DNA from: an uncultured Desulfatitalea sp.
Lineage (GTDB): Bacteria > Desulfobacterota > Desulfobacteria > Desulfobacterales > Desulfosarcinaceae
Reading direction: 5' to 3'
NCBI GenBank assembly: GCA_963668675.2
Contig: CAXXMB010000002.1
Location: 512,001-576,000 of the forward strand
DNA length: 64,000 bases
The first letter of the stretch is position 1; each line of letters opens with the position of its first letter. A program made the translations under genes and the position numbers. The notes under the pieces are model-generated. The model searched no databases. It was given only the letters and a program-made list of their open reading frames with translations, and was not told the DNA's origin. This document shows positions 49,184-59,664 of this stretch, piece by piece.

Positions 49184-52100
49184 ATGGCAAATAGTGTAAA
49201 CGGCTCCGTTCTGGTTGTTGGAGGTGGCATTTCCGGGATGCAGGCCGCACTGGATTTGGCCAATTCTGGTTATTACGTCTATCTGCTGGAGAAAACACCG
49301 GCGATCGGAGGGGTCATGTCCCAACTGGACAAGACCTTTCCGACCAACGACTGTGCGATGTGAATTATTTCACCCGTACTGGTCGAGGTCGGCCGGCATA
49401 ACAACATCGAATTGATTACCTGCGCAGAACTCGAGCGCATCGAAGGCGAACAGGGCCATTTTACCGTCCAGATCCACAAGCAGCCGCGATTTATCGATCC
49501 TGCCAAATGCACCGGATGCGGGGACTGCGCCGAGGTGTGCCCGATCACGCGACCCAGTGAATACGACATGGGGCTGGTCGACCGCAAGGCGACCTACCGC
49601 CGTTATGCCCAGGCGATCCCGGGCGCGTTTGCCATCACGAAAAAGGGGACGGCGCCTTGCCGGTCCACCTGTCCCGCCCATGTCAGCGTCCAAGGGTTCA
49701 TCGCTCTGACCAACGACGGCCGCTATCGAGAAGCGCTGGAGCTGTTCAAGCAAGATCATCCGTTTCCCGGGGTCTGCGGCCGGGTATGCACCCATCCCTG
49801 CGAAGGGGCCTGCACCCGTCACGATGTCGACGATTCCCTGGGGATCATGTACCTGCATCGCTTCCTGGCCGATACGGACCGGAAAAGCGAAAAGCCTTAC
49901 GTGCCGGTAAAAAAGGCCGAGCGCGACGAGAAGGTGGCCGTCGTGGGGGCCGGACCCGCCGGTCTGACCTGTGCCTATTTTCTGGCCATCGAAGGCTATC
50001 AGGTGACGGTCTTCGAAAAACTGCCGGTGCTTGGCGGCATGCTCACCGTCGGCATCCCCTCCTACCGCCTGCCCCGGGATGTGATTGAAGATGAGATCCA
50101 GGTGATCAAGAATCTGGGAGTGGAGTTCAAAACCGGCGTAGAGATCGGCAAAGACTTTACCGTCGGTCAACTGCGTGAGCAGGGCTACAAGGCCTTTTTC
50201 ATCGGCATCGGTTCCCAGGAGTGTAAGCGCCTGGGCATCGAGGGCGAGGATTACGAGGGCGTCTATCCGGGCGTGGAGTTTCTGCGCGAGGTCAACCTGG
50301 GCAACCGTGTCTCCCTGGGCGACCGCGTGGCGGTCATCGGCGGTGGTAACGTTGCCATGGACTCGGTCCGTACGGCGCTGCGCACCGGCTCGAAAAAACC
50401 GTTTATCATCTATCGACGGGCCGTAGAGCAGATGCCGGCCAACGAGGAGGAGATCGAGGAGTGCCGCGAAGAGGGCATCGAGCTGATGACCCTGACCAAT
50501 CCGACCCGGGTGATCGCCGAAAACGGCCGGGTCAAGGCCATCGAGTGCATCCGCATGGAACTGGGCCCGCCGGACGACAGCGGTCGCCAACGGCCTGTGC
50601 CGGTCGAAGGCTCGGAGTTCACCATCGAAGTGGATGCGGTGATTCCTGCCATCGGCCAGGAAAGCGACTGGGCCTGCCTTACCGACGAATGCGCCTGCAC
50701 CCTTTCGGACTGGGGAACCATGCGGGTAGATGAAGTCACCCTGCAAACCAGTGATTCGGACATATTTGCCGGCGGCGACGCGGTGAGCGGCCCGGCCACG
50801 GTGGTCGAGGCCATCGGCGCCGGAAAGGAAGCGGCTATCTCCATCGACCGCTTCATTCGTGGCGAGGACCTGTCCGCCGGTCGCAAAACCGATTGGACGC
50901 CGGTCAAGGACGTGCCTGTCGACGGTCTTGCCCAGACCGACCGACACCGCATGCCCATGCTCCCGGCTGACACCCGCATGACCAATTTCAACGAAGTGCA
51001 GTTGGGATACGACGAGGAGACGGCGCGCGCCGAGGCCGATCGATGCCTGGAGTGCGCAGTGTGCTGCGAATGCTACCAGTGCGTGGGGGCGTGCGGGGCC
51101 GATGCCGTGACCATGATAACCCACAGCCAGCAGCCGGAAACGCTGACCATCGAGACAGGGGCCGTCATCCTCTCTCCCGGGTTCCAACCGTTCGATCCTT
51201 CTAAATTCGACACTTACAACTATGCCAACCATCCCAATGTGATCACCTCCATGGAGATGGAACGGCTTCTGTCAGCCTCGGGCCCCACTGGTGGACACCT
51301 GGTCCGCTTGTCCGATCACAAGGAACCTAAAAAGATCGCTTGGTTCCAATGTGTCGGCTCACGCGACCTCAACCGCTGCGACAACAGCTACTGCTCGTCG
51401 GTCTGCTGCATGTATGCCATCAAAGAGGCCGTAATCGCCAAAGAGCACGCGGGCGACGACCTGGAATGCGCCATCTTCTACATGGACATGCGCACCCACG
51501 GAAAAGATTTCGAACGTTTCTACAACAATGCGAAAGACAAAGGTGTACGCTTCGAGCGCAGCCGGGTGCATACCATCGACTCGACGCCGGGCAGTGACGA
51601 CCTGTCGGTCCGGTACGTCGACGAAGCGGGCAACCTGCATCGTGAAGAGTTCGACATGATTGTCCTTTCCGTCGGACTGGAAACCTCTCCCGATGTGATC
51701 GCGGCGGCTAAAAAGCTCGACATCGAGCTCACCCCCGGCAATTTCTGCAAAACCAGTACCTTCGAGCCGGTGGCCACCTCCAAGCCTGGTGTTTTTGTGT
51801 GCGGCGCCTTCCAGGCTCCCAAAGACATTCCCCAATCGGTGGTGGACTCCAGCGCCGCCGCCGCTGCCGTGGGAGAGATCCTGGCGCCTGCCCGCGGAAC
51901 GGCGACGATTCAGCCCGAAATCATTCCCGAAGTCAATGTGATGGGCGAACGGCCGCGCATCGGTGTGTTTGTTTGCCGCTGCGGCATCAACATCTCCGGC
52001 GTCGTGGATGTGCCTTCAGTGGCCGAGTATGCCGCCACCCTACCCTATGTGGAATACGCCACGGACAACCTTTACAGCTGCTCCCAGGACACGCAGGATA

Positions 52101-53632
52101 GGATGACCCAGATCATCAAGGAGAAAAAGCTCAACCGTGTCGTGGTGGCCGCCTGTACGCCCAAGACCCACGAACCGTTGTTCCAGGAGACGCTCACCAA
52201 TGCCGGATTGAACAAGTATCTGTTCGAAATGGCCAACATCCGTAATCATGACTCCTGGGTACACAAGAACAATCCGGATCTGGCGACCAGCAAAGCCAAG
52301 GATCTGGTACGCATGGCGGTGAATAAGGTGGGACTCATGCAGCCGCTGCAAGAGGCCGAACTGGAGGTGGATCAGACGGCGTTGGTCATCGGCGGCGGCA
52401 TCTCCGGCATGGCGGCCGCCCTGAGCCTGGCCCGCCAAGGGTACGAAACCCACCTCGTCGAACGCAGTGACCGCCTGGGCGGTCAAGCCCATCATCTGTA
52501 CAAGACCATCGACGGCGACCTGGTGTCGGAAAAGCTGGCTGCCCTCATTGCTGACATTGAGCAGAACCAAAACATCCGCCTGCACCTCAATACGGAATTG
52601 AGTGCCGTGGACGGATTTGTGGGCAACTTCAAATCGACCCTGACCAGCAATGGCAGCCAAGAGGAGATCGTACACGGTGTCTCGATCGTGGCTACCGGAG
52701 GCAAGGCCCTGCAAACCGAGGAGTATGGCTACGGTCAAGATGAGCGCATCATGACCAGCCTCGAATTGGACCAGCGCATGATGGCCGATGACCCGGCCCT
52801 GGCCAGCGCTGAATCGGCGGTGTTTATCCAGTGCGTCGGATCTCGGGAGCCGGAGAGGCCCTATTGCTCGCGGGTATGCTGTACCCATTCCATCGACAAT
52901 GCGCTCGAGCTCAAAAAGCGCAATCCGGAAATGAATGTCTTTATTCTGTACCGCGACATTCGCACCTATGGAGAACGGGAATATCTGTACAAAGAGGCCC
53001 GTGAACAGGGCGTCATTTTCATACGATACAATCTGGACGACAAACCGACGGTAACGGTGGCGGATGGCAAGGTGCGCATCACGGTCACCGACCACGTGTT
53101 GGGAGTGCCCGTGGCCATCGAAGCCGACTTGCTCACCTTGGCAACGGCGGTTTTGCCGAACAGGGACGAAAAGCTGGCTCAATTTTTCAAAGTGCCGGTC
53201 AACGACGATGGCTTCTACGTTGAAAAGCACGCCAAGTTGGGGCCGTCCGATTTTGCCACCGACGGTGTCTTTTTATGTGGGCTGGCCCATTACCCCAAAC
53301 CCATCGACGAAGCCATTGTGCAGGGTCGCGCCGCCGCCAGCCGGGCGGTTACGCTGCTCGCCCGCAAAAAGATCTACGCCAACGGGCAGGTGGCCCAGGT
53401 CGACCCCATGATGTGCAGCAGCTGTGGGGTCTGTGTCTCGATTTGCCCCTATTCGGCACCATCCTTTATCGACGCGGATGCACGCATGCACGCAGGAAAA
53501 GCTCAGATCAACGCGGTTCTGTGCAAAGGGTGCGGCCTCTGTGTGGCGTCGTGCCGTTCGGGCGCCATTCACCTTAAGGGATTCGACAATGATCAGATTT
53601 TTGCCCAGATTTCCGCGGTCAGTTGGGAATAG
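49184..53632 (+). CDS. HdrA-like iron-sulfur flavoprotein with inserted GltD-type NAD(P)H oxidoreductase module (HdrL-type), selenoprotein (Sec60), 1482 aa
   Basis: [21 protein letters not shown](49361-49363)-IISP matches the HdrA CxxC motif and is in frame with ORF 49412..53632; GRVC.HPCE, GAGPAG and GGGNVAMD (GltD); QCVGSR and CSxVCC twice; terminal ferredoxin motifs. Confidence 0.92.
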
Positions 53633-53691
53633 GGACGACCGCGTCGATCAGCAACGGAATCACCAACAACCTACCATAACGGAGCCGACAT

Positions 53692-54123
53692 ATGAGTGAT
53701 TGGGAGCCCAAAATCGTCAGTTTTCTCTGCAACTGGTGCAGTTATGGCGCCGCTGATTTGGCAGGCGTCAGCCGCATGGAGTATCCGCCCAACATCCGCG
53801 TCGTACGAATTCCGTGCACCGGTCGCATGAGTCCCAAATTTGCGCTGGCCGCATTGCGCGAAGGCGCCGATGCGGTCTGGGTGTCCGGGTGACATCCTGG
53901 CGAATGCCATTACCTGGAAGGTAATTACTACGCCCGTCGAAAATTCGTCCTGATGAAAAACCTGCTCGAGCACATGGGAATCGAACCGGATCGGCTCCAC
54001 TTTTCATGGATCTCTTCGGCCGAGTCCACCAAATTCGTCTCGGTAGTCAACGAAATCACGGCCAAGGTCAAAGCCTTGGGCCCCAATCAACGCTTCGTTA
54101 AACAAGCGGCGAAGGTAGCCTAA
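53692..54123 (+). CDS. mvhD: MvhD/FlxD [2Fe-2S] subunit, selenoprotein (Sec67), 143 aa
   Basis: [18 protein letters not shown](53890-53892)[11 protein letters not shown], ...WISSAE; ends at TAA 54123. Confidence 0.93.
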
Positions 54124-54124
54124 G

Positions 54125-55072
54125 ATGTCAACTTATACGGAGAAGATTAGAGAAATTGCCCAGCGGCTGCTCAAAGAGTGCCAGGTCGAAATGGTGATTG
54201 GATTTCGAAAAGGCAGTATGCCTTTGATGAATGAGCCATGCATCATTCGCAAAGCCGAAGATGTCGATAACCTGGTATGGGATAGCAACTGCGGGATCAA
54301 CCTGGCAAACTATCTCGCCAACCGCAAGGAGAAGATCGGAATTGTGGCCAAGGGATGCGACTCGCGCAACATTGTGACCCACATCATGGAGAACAAAATC
54401 CAGAGGGATCAAGTTGTGGTCATCGGCGTACCTTGCCAGGGTATGATCGACAAACGCAAAGTCGCGGCCATGACCGAGGGAGACATCCTGGAGGTGAGTG
54501 AGGCGGACGACACCGTCACTGTCACCACCGACAACGGCAAACAGACCTTCGACAAAAAAGATCTCCTTCAGCAGAATTGCAGCCTGTGCACCCATCGCAA
54601 CCCTGTCATTCACGATGAGATGGTGGCCGATGAGGTAGTTGAGCAGACCGGCATCGACCCTTACGCGGATGTGGCCGAAATTGAAGCCATGTCTGCCGAG
54701 GAGCGCTGGAACTTCTTCGACGAGCTGCTGTCGCCGTGCATCCGCTGTTATGCCTGCCGCAATGCCTGCCCGCTCTGCTACTGCCCGACCTGTTTCGTGG
54801 ACGAATCCAAGCCGCAATGGGTGGGCAAGAGCCAAGACCCACTGGATGTGCGCACGTTTCACTTTCTGCGGGCGTACCACTGCGCCGGGCGATGCACCGA
54901 TTGCGGCGCATGTGAACGAGCCTGCCCGGTGGGCATCAATATGCGCCTGCTGACCAAAAAGCTGAACAAGGACTGTCTGGATCTCTATGGGTGGGAAGCC
55001 GGTTTGGCACTCGATTCAAGGCCGGCACTGGATGTCTATAAACCCAACGACCCTGAAAATTTCATCAAATAA
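54125..55072 (+). CDS. flxC: FlxC-like 4Fe-4S protein
   Basis: KGCD, CIRCYACRNACPLCYC, AGRCTDCGACERACP; position after mvhD/flxD. Confidence 0.8.
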   Translation: MSTYTEKIREIAQRLLKECQVEMVIGFRKGSMPLMNEPCIIRKAEDVDNLVWDSNCGINLANYLANRKEKIGIVAKGCDSRNIVTHIMENKIQRDQVVVIGVPCQGMIDKRKVAAMTEGDILEVSEADDTVTVTTDNGKQTFDKKDLLQQNCSLCTHRNPVIHDEMVADEVVEQTGIDPYADVAEIEAMSAEERWNFFDELLSPCIRCYACRNACPLCYCPTCFVDESKPQWVGKSQDPLDVRTFHFLRAYHCAGRCTDCGACERACPVGINMRLLTKKLNKDCLDLYGWEAGLALDSRPALDVYKPNDPENFIK

Positions 55073-55091
55073 GCAGATTAAAAGGCATACT

Positions 55092-56156
55092 ATGAAGGTC
55101 ATCAAAATCGACAAAAGCCAATGGTCGCAGGGACTGGAGAAGTTGAGAAATTCGTTCCGCCTTTTCGGGCCGGTAAAGGAGAAGGCATTCCACAACTTCC
55201 AGGAACTGGCCGCCGGCCAGGCGCCTGAACTGGACTACCAGAACACCCGGCTCTCTCCCAAAAGCCTGGTATTTCCGCAATCCGAGCTCATGTTCAACTA
55301 CTCTCTGGACAAAGAGGACACGGAATGCAACATCCTGAAAGAGGCCGAAAAGGATTATGGTGATCGTGCGATCATCGGTATTCGGCCCTGCGATGCCAAA
55401 GCCCTCTCTTTAGTGAAAATGAATTTCAGCAACGACCAGTATGAGGACCCCTACTGGCTTAACCTCTACAACGCCACCACCTTTGTGGGATTGGCGTGCG
55501 ATGCACCCTGCAGCACCTGCTTTTGCACCACCGCCGGATGCGGTCCGTACCATGAAGAGGGGCTGGACGTCCTGATGGCCGAACGTGAGGATCACTTCAT
55601 CGCCAAAGCGCTGACAGACAAAGGTGTCCGGCTCCTTGAAAGCGCCGCCTGGTCCCAGGCATCGGACGATGAAGCTGCTCTGGAAAAAGCCAAGGCGGTA
55701 GCCGAGGAGAAAATCGTCGCTAAGATTGAGACCGACAGCCTGGCCGCAGCCGACACAATGGCACTCCATGGCGCTGATTTCTGGGAGGATATCTCATTTG
55801 CCTGTATCAATTGCGGCACCTGTACCTTCTCATGCCCGACCTGCTGGTGCTTTGACATTCAGGATGAGGTCTACCGGAAAAAGGGGGTGCGCATGCGCAA
55901 CTGGGACAGCTGCATGTTCCCCATCTTCACGGTGCATACGACGGGCCACAACCCGCGGGATACCAAACTGGCCCGCGTCAGGCAACGCTTCATGCACAAG
56001 CTGAAGTATTTCGTGGACAAATATGAAAAGGGCATCATGTGTGTGGGATGTGGGCGCTGTGTGCGGCAATGCCCGGTGAACATCGACATTCGCAAAGTCA
56101 GCGCATTGATGAACAGCCTGGGATCTGAAGCCAAATGCGCGGTGCAGGGAAGCTGA
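55092..56156 (+). CDS. flxB: FlxB-like (AsrA/HydB-type) 4Fe-4S protein
   Basis: GIRPCD, CINCGTCTFSCPTCWCF, R.WDSC, RFMHK, CVGCGRCVRQCP. Confidence 0.82.
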   Translation: MKVIKIDKSQWSQGLEKLRNSFRLFGPVKEKAFHNFQELAAGQAPELDYQNTRLSPKSLVFPQSELMFNYSLDKEDTECNILKEAEKDYGDRAIIGIRPCDAKALSLVKMNFSNDQYEDPYWLNLYNATTFVGLACDAPCSTCFCTTAGCGPYHEEGLDVLMAEREDHFIAKALTDKGVRLLESAAWSQASDDEAALEKAKAVAEEKIVAKIETDSLAAADTMALHGADFWEDISFACINCGTCTFSCPTCWCFDIQDEVYRKKGVRMRNWDSCMFPIFTVHTTGHNPRDTKLARVRQRFMHKLKYFVDKYEKGIMCVGCGRCVRQCPVNIDIRKVSALMNSLGSEAKCAVQGS

Positions 56157-56212
56157 CCATGGCGACCGCTTCCCAGCAGAGCACAGAACGCACCCGACCG
56201 AGGGAGGAATTC

Positions 56213-57058
56213 GTGGAAAATCCATATTTGCCATATCCGGTCCGCATCGACGACATCACTGTCGAAAGCGAAGATCGCAATCTCAAAACATTCAAATTCG
56301 TCTTTCTCAAGCCGGACGATGAGGCCAAATTCGCTTACAATGCGGGACAATTTGCCGAACTCTCCATCGCCGGTGTCGGGGAGATCCCCATCGGCATCGC
56401 CTCTTCTCCTGTGGAGAAGGGTTTTATCAAATTCACGGTCAATAAGGCCGGCGTCGTCACCTCCCACCTGCACAACATGCAGGTCGGCGACATCATGGGT
56501 GTGCGCGGCCCTCTGGGCAACTGGTACCCATGGGACCTGCTCGAAGGCAAAAATGTACTGATCGTGGGCGGCGGTTTCGCCTTCACCACCCTGCGCTCGT
56601 CGATCATCTATATGCTCGATCCGGCCAACAGAGAAAAGTTCAAAAACATTACAGTGGTTTACGGAGCACGCTCACCCAACATGCTGCTCTATCGGGACGA
56701 GTTGATCGAGTGGGAAAAGCGCGATGACATCAACATGCACATCACCGTTGACGGCACCGATGACCCGGACTGGAAATACAATGTGGGCTTCGTGCCTCCC
56801 GTCACAGAACAGAAGGCCCCTGAAGGAGATGCCGACTCCTACGCCATCGTCTGCGGGCCGCCGGTGATGATAAAATTTACCCAGCCGGTGCTTGAAAAGC
56901 TCGGTTACGATCACGACCATATCATCCTCTCCCTGGAGAACCGGATGAAGTGCGGCATCGGCATGTGCGGACGCTGTGGTATCGGACGTGAGCTTGTCTG
57001 CAAAGACGGCCCGGTATTCACACTCTCCCAGGTCAATCAAACACCGCGAGAATATTAA
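56213..57058 (+). CDS. flxA: FlxA-like FAD/NAD(P)-binding subunit with [2Fe-2S]
   Basis: GQF, RGPLG, YGAR, CGPPVM, MKCGIGMCGRC, CKDGPVF; GGAGG before GTG 56213 (alternative ATG 56159). Confidence 0.85.
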   Translation: MENPYLPYPVRIDDITVESEDRNLKTFKFVFLKPDDEAKFAYNAGQFAELSIAGVGEIPIGIASSPVEKGFIKFTVNKAGVVTSHLHNMQVGDIMGVRGPLGNWYPWDLLEGKNVLIVGGGFAFTTLRSSIIYMLDPANREKFKNITVVYGARSPNMLLYRDELIEWEKRDDINMHITVDGTDDPDWKYNVGFVPPVTEQKAPEGDADSYAIVCGPPVMIKFTQPVLEKLGYDHDHIILSLENRMKCGIGMCGRCGIGRELVCKDGPVFTLSQVNQTPREY

Positions 57059-57126
57059 AACGGAACGTAAAAAAAGGGCCTTTTTGCAGGACCGTAGAAT
57101 ACTTGTCCGATGAGCCTCTTTTCGTA

Positions 57127-57155
57127 TTGACAATAAACAGGTGATTCGTTATTAG
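57127..57155 (+). promoter_or_regulatory. Putative sigma70 promoter of dsrC
   Basis: TTGACA-17 bp-TATTAG. Confidence 0.55.
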
Positions 57156-57232
57156 GATTATCTTTAAAGTTTTGGAATAGTAAAGGCTGTCCAGCCGAGA
57201 ACCATAAAATATTGGCAAAGGAGGAGTTTTAA

Positions 57233-57550
57233 ATGCCGACAGTTGAATTTGGTGGAAAATCATTTAGTGTAGACGAAGACGGGTTCATCGATGATTACAA
57301 GAACTGGGCCCCTGAGTGGGTACAGTACGTAAAACAACAAGAGGGCATCGATGAGCTGAACGAAGAGCACAACAAAGTAATCGACGTGCTCCGTGAGTAC
57401 TATGAAAAGAACGGCATCGCCCCCATGGTACGCGTTCTTTCCAAAGTGACCGGCTTCAAATTGAAACACATCTATGAGCTTTTCCCCTCAGGCCCCGGCA
57501 AGGGAGCCTGTAAAATGGCGGGATTGCCCAAACCGACCGGTTGCGTCTAA
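57233..57550 (+). CDS. dsrC: DsrC sulfur-carrier protein of dissimilatory sulfite reduction
   Basis: 105 aa; VDEDGF, GIAPMVR, and C-terminal LFPSGPGKGACKMAGLPKPTGCV with both conserved Cys; AAGGAGG RBS. Confidence 0.96.
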   Translation: MPTVEFGGKSFSVDEDGFIDDYKNWAPEWVQYVKQQEGIDELNEEHNKVIDVLREYYEKNGIAPMVRVLSKVTGFKLKHIYELFPSGPGKGACKMAGLPKPTGCV

Positions 57551-57567
57551 TCCGACCAAAAAATTTC

Positions 57568-57605
57568 AAAAAAAGGCCCTGCATAAATGTGCAGGGCCTT
57601 TTTTT
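57568..57605 (+). terminator. Rho-independent terminator after dsrC
   Basis: A7-GGCCCTGCA-loop-TGCAGGGCC-T7. Confidence 0.9.
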
Positions 57606-57672
57606 GTTTGAGGTGCAGAGGCTGATAATGATAGCAAGGTATCTAAACCACCTGATGTAGCGGAGATTGGCA

Positions 57673-58098
57673 ATGCAGCTCACTATCAAGACGCATGCCC
57701 AGACCGAGATGATCGACATCACCGGCCAGGTGCAGCAACTCCTCGACGACCAGAAATTCAAAGACGGCATCTGTATGATCTATGTGCCCCATACGACAGC
57801 CGCGGTGACCATTAACGAGAGTGCCGATCCCAGTGTGCGTGAAGATATCATGATGGTGCTCAACCAGATGGTGCCGTGGAAAGCACCCTATCGGCATCTG
57901 GAGGGGAACTCTCCGGCCCACGTCAAAACCTCCCTGATCGGCGCCTCTGAGGTCGTCCAGGTAAAGGACGGGCGCCTGGTGCTGGGGACATGGCAGGGGA
58001 TCTTTTTCTGTGAATTCGACGGACCGCGTACCCGCCGAATCAATGTCGCACGCATGGGGCAGGAGCAGCCACTACACCGTCACGATTCGATGAATTGA
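57673..58098 (+). CDS. YjbQ/UPF0047 family protein
   Basis: PHTTAA.TINE, H.EGNSPAHVK, LGTWQGIFFCEFDGPR. Confidence 0.92.
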   Translation: MQLTIKTHAQTEMIDITGQVQQLLDDQKFKDGICMIYVPHTTAAVTINESADPSVREDIMMVLNQMVPWKAPYRHLEGNSPAHVKTSLIGASEVVQVKDGRLVLGTWQGIFFCEFDGPRTRRINVARMGQEQPLHRHDSMN

Positions 58099-58108
58099 GG
58101 TTATCCAA

Positions 58109-58561
58109 ATGACACTGGACGACACAGACAAAACCATTCTCAATCGCATTCAATCCGACTTCCCCATCGAGTCACACCCGTTTGAAGCCATCGCCTGCGA
58201 GTTGGATCTCAGTGAAGCAGAGGTGATCGAACGGGTCACAAAACTCAAAAAAGCCGGTATCATCCGACGCATTGGCGCCAATTTCGTCCCAGGAAAAATC
58301 GGTTTTTTCAGCACGCTGTGTGCCGCCCGGGTGCCAGAGGAGAAGGTCGAACGATTCTCCCAGGTCGTCAACCGCTACCCCGGCGTGACACACAACTATG
58401 AGCGCGACAACGCGTTCAATATGTGGTTCACCTTTATCGCCCGCTCAAGGGAGGAGATCGCCCGAAACCTCGATCAGATTGCCCAAGAGACCGGAATTGA
58501 AACCATCCTGAACCTGCCGGCAACTAAGGTATTTAAAATCCGGGCTCAATTCGACTTGTGA
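58109..58561 (+). CDS. ahbA: Siroheme decarboxylase alpha subunit (Lrp/AsnC-like)
   Basis: IQSDFP, GIIRRIG, STLCAA, GVTHNY.R, N.WFT. Confidence 0.8.
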   Translation: MTLDDTDKTILNRIQSDFPIESHPFEAIACELDLSEAEVIERVTKLKKAGIIRRIGANFVPGKIGFFSTLCAARVPEEKVERFSQVVNRYPGVTHNYERDNAFNMWFTFIARSREEIARNLDQIAQETGIETILNLPATKVFKIRAQFDL

Positions 58562-58562
58562 G

Positions 58563-59372
58563 ATGAAAGACATCCGCATTGCCGCCGTCGTCTGCCGATC
58601 ACCGGTAGGCGACATCGAATACAACCTGGCGCAAACCACCCATTGGGTCCGGCAAGCCCATGCGGCCGGGGTGGATCTGATCTGCTTTCCGGAGCTCAAC
58701 GTTACCGGTTATACCAACCACATTGATATCCTGGACCACGCTCAGACCATACCCGGACCAACAAGCCGTCAGCTGTCCGACCTTGCCGCTCAAAACGAAA
58801 TGGTCATCCTTGCCGGAATGGCAGAACCGGATGCCACGGGCAGGGCCTACGCCAGCCATGGCGTCTTCTGGCCCAGGAGCCATCAAACGGCCATCTATCG
58901 GAAACTTCACCTGGCACCCAACGAAAAGCCGTTCTTCGTACCGGGCAGCACCATCCCTATCTTCAAAACAGCCAAGACCACTTTCGGCATTCAGCTTTGC
59001 TACGATGCCCATTTCCCTGAATTGGCCACCGCCATGACCGCAAAGGGCGCCGATATTCTTTTTATGCCCCACGCATCGCCTCGCGGCGATGCAGCCGCCA
59101 AACATCAATCGTGGATGCGTCATCTGACGGCACGGGCCTATGACAACAGTGTATTTGTCGTGGCTTGCAATCAGATCGGAGAAAACGGAAAAGGACTTAC
59201 GTTCCCCGGCAATGCAGTAGCCATCGATCCTTCGGGCAACGTCCTCGCAAAACGGATAGAGACCACGGAGGGTATGCTGGTGGTCGATCTGAAGGCTGAA
59301 GACCTGAACGCAGTCCGCAGCCACCCCATGCGCCACTTTTTCCCCAACCGCCGGCCAGAGCTTTACCCCTGA
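58563..59372 (+). CDS. Nitrilase/carbon-nitrogen hydrolase
   Basis: FPE, YRKLHL and LCYD..FPE catalytic E-K-C; ARAYDN. Confidence 0.92.
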   Translation: MKDIRIAAVVCRSPVGDIEYNLAQTTHWVRQAHAAGVDLICFPELNVTGYTNHIDILDHAQTIPGPTSRQLSDLAAQNEMVILAGMAEPDATGRAYASHGVFWPRSHQTAIYRKLHLAPNEKPFFVPGSTIPIFKTAKTTFGIQLCYDAHFPELATAMTAKGADILFMPHASPRGDAAAKHQSWMRHLTARAYDNSVFVVACNQIGENGKGLTFPGNAVAIDPSGNVLAKRIETTEGMLVVDLKAEDLNAVRSHPMRHFFPNRRPELYP

Positions 59373-59560
59373 ACCATTTGCATCAGCCGATTTGAGCTCG
59401 ATTATGGCAATTTTAATGCCGATCCACTCACATCTTTCCAATTTTCACAGTTTCTAATTTTTTCTATTTAACAATGGAGGCGTGGTAGGCAGGGGGAAAC
59501 CCATGCCTACCACACCGGTGTGGACCTGATGAAATGCCGGCAACTATTTAAAGAGAATAC

Positions 59561-59601
59561 AAAAAAAAGGGGTCTCCCATCAGCTTACGGAAGCCCCTTT
59601 T
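59561..59601 (-). terminator. Probably bidirectional intrinsic terminator
   Basis: A8-GGGGTCTCCC...GGAAGCCCC-T4 between convergent genes. Confidence 0.65.
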
Positions 59602-59664
59602 GATTGTAATGGCAACACGGCCTGCGATGACCGCGAGGTCATGAGCGATGGATGTGATTTCGTA

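Noticed and set aside
49151..49411. Apparent split or pseudogene of hdrA (70-aa ORF plus 1406-aa ORF)
   Set aside because: Both parts are in one frame, separated only by a TGA at a conserved Cys with a SECIS-like hairpin; read as selenocysteine
53692..53892. Truncated 66-aa MvhD
   Set aside because: The TGA aligns with the GCH Cys and the frame continues with intact MvhD motifs to 54123
58109..58561. Lrp/AsnC transcriptional regulator
   Set aside because: The HNY.R and WFT motifs and sulfate-reducer context fit siroheme decarboxylase AhbA better
59490..59535. Hammerhead ribozyme (CTGATGA and GAAAC present)
   Set aside because: The three-stem junction cannot be built; GAAA sits in a hairpin cap
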